This document shows positions 45,151-52,724 of a stretch of DNA of 64,000 nucleotides, in pieces. The notes below the pieces were generated by a model. That model saw only the letters and a program-made list of their open reading frames with translations, did no database searches and was not told where the DNA came from. The stretch covers positions 13,838 to 77,837 of the forward strand of contig PCWN01000001.1 in NCBI GenBank assembly GCA_002787355.1, written 5' to 3'. The first letter of the stretch is position 1, and the number at the start of each line of letters is the position of its first letter. This DNA is from Candidatus Magasanikbacteria bacterium CG11_big_fil_rev_8_21_14_0_20_39_34 (GTDB lineage: Bacteria > Patescibacteriota > Patescibacteriia > Magasanikbacterales > UBA922). The translations under genes and the position numbers were made by a program.

Positions 45151-46215
45151 ATGAAAAAATTTTTACTTTTTCTTCCACTGATATTCACTCTCTATGGGTG
45201 TGGTCCTGCAATACAGAAAAATGTCTCTTCTCCCATACGTATTGGGTTTATTGCTCCTATCACCGGGGACCTCGCAGACCTTGGAAATGATACGTTGGCT
45301 TCTGCACAAATTGCTATTGATGAAGTAAATGAAAATGGTGGAGTAAATGGACAGAAACTGGAATTAGTGGTGGAAGACGGAAGATGTAGTGCGAAAGATG
45401 CTCCACAGGCGGCAAGCAAACTTATCAATGTAGACGATGTTCAGGTGATTATGGCCATGTGTTCACCAGAAGTATTGGCAACCGCGGGAATGGCAAATAA
45501 CCAAAAACGAGTATTGATTTCTTCTTGTGCCTCAGCCCCAACAGTTACCGATGCAGGAGACTATGTATTTCGTACCTACCCGTCAGACAGCTTCCAGGGT
45601 AGGTTTGCTGCAGAGTATGCATACAATACGCTCGGAAAAAGAAAGGCTGCCATCTTGGCTATGCAAAATGACTGGGGAAAAGGATTAGAAAATGTTTTTG
45701 CGAAAAGGTTTCAAGAACTTGGTGGTGAAGTTGTTCTTATACAGGAACACACACAGGATTCTCGTGATATGCGTTCACAAATCACAAAAATCAAAGAACT
45801 CAATCCAGATATCCTTTATTTTCCTTCCTTTACGGAACCAAGCATTGCGGGACTCAAGCAGATACATGATCTTGACTTGCATACGACCATACTTGGTGGA
45901 GACGCTTGGAATGATCCTAAACTTCAGAAAAGTGATTATGCAAAGGGAGTACAGTTTGTTATTCCCAAACCAAACTATAATAAAGATTGGATACAAAAAA
46001 TGGAAATGCGACATGCTGGACAAACAGTTTGTGCGCCCTCTGCATATGACAATGTAAAAATTCTTGCAGACATCATAAAACAAGTTGGAAATGATGGGGA
46101 AAAAATAAAAGACCAGCTCTACCGGGTAGAGGGGTATGAAGGAGTAAACGGAGATATTACATTTGATCAAAATGGAGATATCACGGATGCGCAGTATGAA
46201 GTAGTCAAATTATAA
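45151..46215 (+). CDS. LivJ/LivK-type solute-binding lipoprotein, module 2
   Basis: Lipobox TLYG-C, IRIGFIAPITG, GGVNGQKLELVVEDGRC, DAGDYVFRT, GVNGDITFDQNGD. Confidence 0.9.
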   Translation: MKKFLLFLPLIFTLYGCGPAIQKNVSSPIRIGFIAPITGDLADLGNDTLASAQIAIDEVNENGGVNGQKLELVVEDGRCSAKDAPQAASKLINVDDVQVIMAMCSPEVLATAGMANNQKRVLISSCASAPTVTDAGDYVFRTYPSDSFQGRFAAEYAYNTLGKRKAAILAMQNDWGKGLENVFAKRFQELGGEVVLIQEHTQDSRDMRSQITKIKELNPDILYFPSFTEPSIAGLKQIHDLDLHTTILGGDAWNDPKLQKSDYAKGVQFVIPKPNYNKDWIQKMEMRHAGQTVCAPSAYDNVKILADIIKQVGNDGEKIKDQLYRVEGYEGVNGDITFDQNGDITDAQYEVVKL

Positions 46216-46271
46216 CCGGCGTAAAAAAACAAAAAAGACCTTGGCAGATGCCGAGGTCTTTTTTAAATTTG

Positions 46272-47018
46272 TTATTTGTGTTCGTCATCTGGTTCCGGAA
46301 GAAGATCCCAAAGCATTTCAAAGGTAGCACGAAAGACATCCACCATGGCTGGGATCTGAATGACTACGGCAAGTGCAGAAAGTTTTGGACTCACTACGAT
46401 AATTTTATCGGAGAACACATTCATGGTAGAACGAAAAGAATATTGTGTTGGCATATACTTCCATTCACGAAGGAGCTCCTTTTCTTTTGGATTGGTTTCA
46501 CGGGATTCATCACTTAAAATAATTCTTGAGCGTACCCCACTTTGTGCACGGCGCTTTCGGTATTCAATAAACCACTCGGTGTCCAACTGTTCCCAATATA
46601 CTGCACTTCCAATAACGAGTTGGGTTTTATTATAAGACTCTTCAAGAACTTGATCATAAAAAACTTTCAACTCGGAAAGGGTTTCAATATAGCGTAAACC
46701 CTGTGGAGCTTCGCTATTGCCTTGAAGGGTCTGGAGCATGGGAATAATATTTTCAAAGGCTTCTAATTTTTTTTCTTGTTGCTGAATAACTTGCGTTGGC
46801 TTTTGCGCATAGTAGAGACGAGTATTATCTTTGAAATAGGTTTGTGCGAATCCTTTTTTTGAAAGAGATTTTAAAATGGCATACACGGTAGTACGCTTAA
46901 TTCCCATAGTACTTGCCACCTTACTAGCAGCGGCTCCACCAAGTGAGAGCAGAGTAATATAGGCATCCACTTCTTGATCGGTGAGGCCAAGTCTCTTTAT
47001 AATAGTTCTATTTTGCAT
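46272..47018 (-). CDS. TrmB-family transcriptional regulator, module 3
   Basis: LGLTDQEVDAYITLLSLG...IKRTTVYAILKSLSKKG, C-terminus FEMLWD. Confidence 0.9.
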   Translation of the reverse strand: MQNRTIIKRLGLTDQEVDAYITLLSLGGAAASKVASTMGIKRTTVYAILKSLSKKGFAQTYFKDNTRLYYAQKPTQVIQQQEKKLEAFENIIPMLQTLQGNSEAPQGLRYIETLSELKVFYDQVLEESYNKTQLVIGSAVYWEQLDTEWFIEYRKRRAQSGVRSRIILSDESRETNPKEKELLREWKYMPTQYSFRSTMNVFSDKIIVVSPKLSALAVVIQIPAMVDVFRATFEMLWDLLPEPDDEHK

Positions 47019-47171
47019 ATATCCACAATAATGTGTCAAAAAAAAACAACATCACAATATTTATACATATAATATAGCTTATTTTAAATAAAAGTCAATG
47101 TATTTTAGTTGAAAAACCTAGACACAAAAGAGAAGGGTGCTATGATGAGGGGTAATTCTTAAGTGATATTT

Positions 47172-48290
47172 ATGATAAAAAGATACCTTTTTGTACTCAG
47201 CGTAGGAGGAATAATTTTTTTCTCGGGGTGTGGCGCTACTCCTGCAAAAGAAGCAGCAACCATAAAAATTGGGTTTATAGGACCTATAACGGGTCCGGCT
47301 GCAAAATATGGTGCCGATAATGCAGCACTTCTGGCTGTTCAAGAAATAAATGGCACTGGTGGAATAAATGGAAAAAAACTTGAAATTATTATGGAAGATG
47401 GGAGATGCGAACCAAAGACGGCACTGAGTGCCATAAACAAACTTATTTATGCAGACCAAGTAAAAATAATCTTGGGGGGACACTGTAGTCCTGAAACCGT
47501 GACGATTGCCCCAATTGCCGAGCAAAATAAAGTATTGCTATTGGCTTCCCTTTCTTCAAACCCAGAAATAACGCATATGGGAGATTACATTTTTAGAACT
47601 ACTGCCGCAAGTACAGCACGAGTTCCACAAACTACCAATGCATTAAAAGAAAAATTTGGTATAAAAAAGCTTGCGCTTGTTGTAGAAGAAACCAGTTTTG
47701 CAAAACCCATCGGGGATATTATCCAAAAGGGTTTTGAAGAAGCAGGTGGCGCTGTTGTAGCCTATGAAACAATTCTTCCCGACGAGAAAGATTTTAGATC
47801 CATACTGAGTAAAGTAAAGGAAAGTAACGCAGACGCTCTCTACATTGCAACGCAGGCACCAGATAAGGCTATTGAGATTATCTCCGAAATGCGAGAACTT
47901 GGTATGCCGCAAAAGATTTTTGGAAATGAAAGTGTGGGGAGCGTTTCTTTGATTGAAGCATTAAAAGAGGGCGCAAACGGGATTGTTTTTGATGCACCCT
48001 TTTATGATAAGTCACAAATAAATGTACAAGAATTTATAAAAAAATATAAAGAGCATTTTGGGTCTGAGCCACCATATGGATCACTTACTGCGGAATCCTA
48101 TGATGCGGTGTATTTGGTTGCAGAAGCACTCAAGAGTGTTGGGGAAGATCCAGAAAGGGTGCGCGACTATTTATATGGTGTATCAGAATACAAGGGTGCC
48201 TCTGGTACATTTGGTTTTGACAAAAGTGGAGATGTGACAAGAAAGTATGGTCTCTATACTATTCAAGATGGACGTATTGAAGCATATTAA
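47172..48290 (+). CDS. LivJ/LivK-type solute-binding lipoprotein, module 3
   Basis: Lipobox FFSG-C, GGINGKKLEIIMEDGRC, GGHCSPE, GDYIFRT, YKGASGTFGFDKSGD. Confidence 0.9.
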   Translation: MIKRYLFVLSVGGIIFFSGCGATPAKEAATIKIGFIGPITGPAAKYGADNAALLAVQEINGTGGINGKKLEIIMEDGRCEPKTALSAINKLIYADQVKIILGGHCSPETVTIAPIAEQNKVLLLASLSSNPEITHMGDYIFRTTAASTARVPQTTNALKEKFGIKKLALVVEETSFAKPIGDIIQKGFEEAGGAVVAYETILPDEKDFRSILSKVKESNADALYIATQAPDKAIEIISEMRELGMPQKIFGNESVGSVSLIEALKEGANGIVFDAPFYDKSQINVQEFIKKYKEHFGSEPPYGSLTAESYDAVYLVAEALKSVGEDPERVRDYLYGVSEYKGASGTFGFDKSGDVTRKYGLYTIQDGRIEAY

Positions 48291-48366
48291 AAAAACATCC
48301 CTCATTGGGGATGTTTTTTCTTCTCAAAAGACATACTATCTTCTCAGAGGGATGAAGAAGGTGGGG

Positions 48367-48753
48367 TTAGAACTGGACGCACTCGCACCAGTAGCACATA
48401 TGGTTTGTGGGTGCATTTCTGCGCTTGCATTGTGTACATTCCCATTCATGCTTGGGTAAGCGTCTGCTTGGGTGGTGCAGTCGGCAGCGTGTGCAGTAGA
48501 ATTCCCGGATGGGATTGACGAGGGAGCAGGATGGGCAGCGCCACTTTTTTTCTTCCAGTGAAACTGCTGTTGAAGCCGTTTGTTGTGGCTTCTGTTCTGG
48601 TCGTGCTGTGTTGCATCCCGAGAACTCGCAGAGTACACTGTCTGCCCTATTCCACCATGGTTTGTGTGGGTGATGGGTTGGGCATCGGCAGACCCACCAG
48701 TTCGTGTCCGCCCAGGTTCCAGTCGGGGAACAATCCTCTCCGTGTGTACGCAT
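48367..48753 (-). CDS. GC-rich ORFan 5: RanBP2/NZF-type zinc-finger repeat protein
   Basis: Two exact W-x-C-x2-C-x3-N-x6-C-x2-C motifs plus a degenerate third. RBS AAGGGAG and TTGACA promoter upstream. Confidence 0.8.
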   Translation of the reverse strand: MRTHGEDCSPTGTWADTNWWVCRCPTHHPHKPWWNRADSVLCEFSGCNTARPEQKPQQTASTAVSLEEKKWRCPSCSLVNPIREFYCTRCRLHHPSRRLPKHEWECTQCKRRNAPTNHMCYWCECVQF

Positions 48754-48834
48754 GAGTCACTCCCTTTATCCGTTCATTTCCTATTCTTATGAAAAATCGT
48801 CCTTTTGTCAATGGCGTGAAGGAAGAGAAAAAAA

Positions 48835-48863
48835 AGAGCCAATTAACTGATTGGCTCTCTTTT
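48835..48863. repeat. Hairpin/terminator copy 1 of a 29-bp direct repeat
   Basis: AGAGCCAATTAACTGATTGGCTCTCTTTT. Confidence 0.85.
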
Positions 48864-48876
48864 GCTTTTAAAAAAG

Positions 48877-49938
48877 TTAAAACTTTATTTCCTCTGCAAT
48901 TCCATTTTTTACTGTATAGAGTTTTTGTATTCTGTCTGCACGTTTTTTTTCTCCGAAAAGAATATTCAGTCCCTCAATTATATTCCCATTTTTTGGGTTG
49001 GCTGCCTCTATTACTTTCTGTAGACCATCATATCCAAAAGATACGAGGATAGCATCATTGATTTTTTCTCCATATGTTTGTTGATATAGTTCGGTCAGTT
49101 CGGGTATCTCATCTGTCCAGTTATTTGTATATATAACACCCTCCACATTTTTTCCAGACTCTGAAATGACTGTAGGGAGGAGCGTATCACCAGTCATAAG
49201 CGGAAGGTTTAAGTTAAATTCATGAACCTGTTTAAGGAAGTCAATATTCCCGGGTGGAATGAGAGGAAAGTAAATACCATCGCTGTTGTTTTGTTTTACT
49301 TTTGTAAGAGTTGTACGAAAGTCGTTTTCGGAAATGGGGATATTTTCTTGTAAGGAAAGAGTTCCACCCAAGTCAACAAACTTTTCAGAAAAACTTTTGT
49401 TAATTAAATTTGCCCAAGGGTCTTGGTGAGATACAAGAGCAATATTTTTTAGTCCTAAAACATAGTGTGCATATTCTGCCATTATTTCTCCCGAGCGTTC
49501 GGTGGAAAAACCGTTGCTGTATACAAGCGGTCCACTTTCTGAAAGGTATTGATTGCTATCCCAGAGAACTAAAAGTGGTATCCCATTGTCACTTAAGATG
49601 GGGGCTATGGGGCGCGCCTCTTCAATGATGAGGGTCAACACAATAGATACGTGATCTATATTGGTGAGTTTGTTGGCAGCTTCGGTTGCACTTACTGGAT
49701 TTAAACTTTTGTCGTCTTCCACAATGAGTTCAATAGATGCTTTACCACTTTGTTGTAACTTTTGTTGTGCAAGCTGTATTCCTTTGAGTGTTTCCTGCCC
49801 CAGTTGTGAAAAATCTCCGGTAAGAGGGAGGACTACCCCAACTTTTAGGGTGGGGGGTGTTTCTTTTTTCCCTTCACTGAGTGAACACCCCGTTAAAAAG
49901 AGAAGTAAGACAGTAATAATAGGGATAAATTTTTTCAT
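48877..49938 (-). CDS. LivJ/LivK-type solute-binding lipoprotein, module 4 (most divergent)
   Basis: Lipobox FLTG-C, LKVGVVLPLTG, ELIVEDD, DFRTTLTKVK, FGYDG. Confidence 0.87.
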   Translation of the reverse strand: MKKFIPIITVLLLFLTGCSLSEGKKETPPTLKVGVVLPLTGDFSQLGQETLKGIQLAQQKLQQSGKASIELIVEDDKSLNPVSATEAANKLTNIDHVSIVLTLIIEEARPIAPILSDNGIPLLVLWDSNQYLSESGPLVYSNGFSTERSGEIMAEYAHYVLGLKNIALVSHQDPWANLINKSFSEKFVDLGGTLSLQENIPISENDFRTTLTKVKQNNSDGIYFPLIPPGNIDFLKQVHEFNLNLPLMTGDTLLPTVISESGKNVEGVIYTNNWTDEIPELTELYQQTYGEKINDAILVSFGYDGLQKVIEAANPKNGNIIEGLNILFGEKKRADRIQKLYTVKNGIAEEIKF

Positions 49939-50044
49939 AATTAACATTTGACAATTTATATATACAAAAATTTACCTATTTACAAATAAAAAATCAATAT
50001 ATATACTTGTATTGACGAAAATAATTTACAACATAGAAGCATAT

Positions 50045-50857
50045 ATGAAACAGCTTTTTAGTCTTCTCGCTCGCCTGGGACTCGAGGAAAAAGAAATAAA
50101 GGTATTTCTTTCTTTGATAAAACTTGGCGCAGCTACCGCGACGCAGGTTTCAAGAGATACCTCAATAACTCGAACTCTCATCTATGATATTATGGAAAGA
50201 TTGAAGTCTCGGGGTATTGTGAGTGAAAGCGTTCGACATGGTGTAAAAATGTTCGTTCCTCTTGATCATGCGGGGCTTATTGCATACATATCCAAGAAAC
50301 GGGATGATCTTCTCGATCTCCAGCAAAATTTTACCCATGCAGCAAATGAATTTCACGCACTACAGAAAGAAAGACAACAAAAAACGGATGTTCGTTTTTT
50401 TAGTGGTCCAGAAGGAGTGAGAAGCGTATATGAAGAAATAATGGGAGACTTCAAAAAAACAGGGAAGGCAGGAGATGAAGTTTTCACTGTTTTTTCACCT
50501 ACAAAACTTGAAACATCTATTCCTGGGTGGTCGAACAATACAGAGTACTTCAGCACAAATAGGAATATAAAAAATTATCACATCATGTGTGAATCAGAGC
50601 ATACGCAAATATATCTTGATAAAATACGATTGGGATCTGATTATCACGAATGGCGTTTTTGGAAAAATGAGTTGGGACAATTTCCAACAGATACACTCTG
50701 TTGGAAAAACAAGATAGTGTATGTAGACTTGGAGGGATACCCTTCGGGTATTATTATAGAAAATGAATCGATAACAACAAGTTTCAAGATGTGGTTTTGG
50801 CAAATATGGAAAAGCCTAGAACCTGGCGGAAAAAATAAAAGAGAGCCAATCAACTGA
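50045..50857 (+). CDS. TrmB-family transcriptional regulator, module 4
   Basis: LGLEEKEIKVFLSLIKLG..ATQVS...RTLIYDIMERLKSRG, VRFFSGPEGV, FWQIW. Confidence 0.88.
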   Translation: MKQLFSLLARLGLEEKEIKVFLSLIKLGAATATQVSRDTSITRTLIYDIMERLKSRGIVSESVRHGVKMFVPLDHAGLIAYISKKRDDLLDLQQNFTHAANEFHALQKERQQKTDVRFFSGPEGVRSVYEEIMGDFKKTGKAGDEVFTVFSPTKLETSIPGWSNNTEYFSTNRNIKNYHIMCESEHTQIYLDKIRLGSDYHEWRFWKNELGQFPTDTLCWKNKIVYVDLEGYPSGIIIENESITTSFKMWFWQIWKSLEPGGKNKREPIN

Positions 50858-50870
50858 TTGGCTCTCTTTT
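50842..50870. repeat. Hairpin/terminator copy 2 of the 29-bp direct repeat
   Basis: AGAGCCAATCAACTGATTGGCTCTCTTTT (28/29 identical to copy 1). Confidence 0.85.
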
Positions 50871-50874
50871 TTGT

Positions 50875-52161
50875 TTAAAGTTCTCCTCTTACTTGAATTT
50901 CAAATTTTTCATTATCATTTTTTTCTTTCACACGAATTTTTAACCTTCCACCTTCGTTATCATCATCATTTCTTCTTTCATCACTTTTTTCTTGTACACG
51001 TATCCTCAATTGAGTTGTTGTACTCACTTCATGATCGTCATCTTCGTCTTCGTCTTCATCGTGTTCACGTGTTGTGTGGAGAGTCGATGTTGTTGACGTT
51101 GAAGTATTGTCATCGTCATCTCCTCGGTCCGGGCGCAATTTAAATGGAAGATCTGGAATGTGTATACCAAGGTGACTACGGAGGTGGATCTTCACATATG
51201 CTTGGAGTCGTTCAAGCATATTGTTTACTGATCCATAGAGAGAGAATGCTTCGCGGTATTGTTGTGCTTCCAACTTTATATTGGCATTGGTGAGTGTTTC
51301 TTGGATATTACTGAGTTGAGTTTCGGCCTTGAGGTAAACATCGGCATCCATATCTTCTTTATTTTCTTCTAAAAGTTTCAGAACTTTTTCAAACTTTCTT
51401 TCTGCAAGATCTTTTCTATTTCGTACGGATACCTCGGGTTTTGTATTTGCTTCAACGACTGCTTCAGACTCAGCATTTTCTGAAACTTCGGTAGCCTGGT
51501 CGGTAAGATTTCGAACGTGGGCAAGGAGATCAAGCGCTTCGCGAGTGGAAGTGGCGGCATCATCTTGTGAAAGCCCAAGATTAATGAGCAGCGCAGCTCC
51601 AGCTTGGAGTTTTGCTTGGAGTGTATTGGAGATGGCAACGGCAGCCTGAGGGTTTCCTTTTTCTTGGAGACGAGCGATACTTTTCTCTGCTTTATCTAAC
51701 CCCTTTTCAACCTGCTCGGAAAGTTGAGATTTTACTTTATCGGAGAGTTCCCCACGTTTTGCAAGTTGTGCCGCTTCTTCCAGTCGTCTTTCGCCACGTT
51801 CAATATCCCACTCTGTTTGGTTTTCCAAACCAACCGCTGCAAGAGAACGAACATTTTCGTTGACGTGAACTTTTACCGGGTAGAGAGCATCCCCAGGAAG
51901 AGAATTTTCTGCAGCAAAGGCAGTTCCACCACCAAGTACAACAATTAATGCGAGAAAAAGATTTACAAACATATATTTCTTAAGATTAAAAGTTATATTA
52001 AAGAGATCTGCACCCCTATGCAATGTTTGACGGAAAGAAAATGTTTTTCTTACAGATACACTACGATTTTCAGCTATCTGGTTTTCCAACACCAAACGAA
52101 AATTTTGTTTATCTTTGGGAGATAAACGTATCTTTTTTGCATTTTGAATAAATTTTTTCAT
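50875..52161 (-). CDS. DUF5667-like single-pass protein, putative anti-sigma factor
   Basis: TM helix followed by AAENSLPGDALYPVK..NE and ERRLEEA. ATGA overlap with the ECF sigma gene. Confidence 0.8.
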   Translation of the reverse strand: MKKFIQNAKKIRLSPKDKQNFRLVLENQIAENRSVSVRKTFSFRQTLHRGADLFNITFNLKKYMFVNLFLALIVVLGGGTAFAAENSLPGDALYPVKVHVNENVRSLAAVGLENQTEWDIERGERRLEEAAQLAKRGELSDKVKSQLSEQVEKGLDKAEKSIARLQEKGNPQAAVAISNTLQAKLQAGAALLINLGLSQDDAATSTREALDLLAHVRNLTDQATEVSENAESEAVVEANTKPEVSVRNRKDLAERKFEKVLKLLEENKEDMDADVYLKAETQLSNIQETLTNANIKLEAQQYREAFSLYGSVNNMLERLQAYVKIHLRSHLGIHIPDLPFKLRPDRGDDDDNTSTSTTSTLHTTREHDEDEDEDDDHEVSTTTQLRIRVQEKSDERRNDDDNEGGRLKIRVKEKNDNEKFEIQVRGEL

Positions 52162-52682
52162 ACAAGTATCAATAAAATGCAGATCATCGCAACAAGTTTT
52201 TTGAGGGCACTTTTTCCTCTATGAATTCGTACCGAAATAAGATTGGTATCTTCACCTAAAATTTCGGCAATTTCTTTAGGTTTGAGTCCATCTACATATC
52301 GCATAAGCAATACACTACGAAACTCTTCAGGGATTTGTTTGGATATTTCCAAGAGATATTGTGCATCTACAGAATTTTCCATCTCTTTTTTACCAAATTC
52401 ACTTGGCTCCCATCCCGACTCCATGCGTTTTTCCAGAGACTCTTCTTTTTGTTTTCTTGAGTAATCAATAATGAGGTTGTTGGCAATTTTGTAAACAAGA
52501 GCGCGAATATTTTTCACTTCTTTTTCAGAGATGACCTGCCAACATCGTAGGAAGGCCTCTTGCATATATTCTTTTGCCAATTCCTCGTGAAAGAGTCGAA
52601 AAAAACAATGGCGATAGATGTCATCCGCATGCTTATCATACACTTTTAAGAATGCATTTTCTTGCTGCTTATTCGACTTCAT
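52158..52682 (-). CDS. ECF RNA polymerase sigma factor
   Basis: QEAFLRCW, YKIANNLIIDYSRK, MRYVDGLKPKEIAEILG...VRIHRG. Confidence 0.93.
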   Translation of the reverse strand: MKSNKQQENAFLKVYDKHADDIYRHCFFRLFHEELAKEYMQEAFLRCWQVISEKEVKNIRALVYKIANNLIIDYSRKQKEESLEKRMESGWEPSEFGKKEMENSVDAQYLLEISKQIPEEFRSVLLMRYVDGLKPKEIAEILGEDTNLISVRIHRGKSALKKLVAMICILLILV

Positions 52683-52697
52683 ACATCTGCCTACTAT

Positions 52698-52723
52698 GAC
52701 GAAAAGAAAGGGATTTTCTTACA
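52698..52723 (-). promoter_or_regulatory. Putative autoregulatory ECF promoter
   Basis: TGTAAG-N16-CGTC immediately upstream of the sigma ATG, resembling the SigX/SigM-type consensus. Confidence 0.55.
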
Positions 52724-52724
52724 A

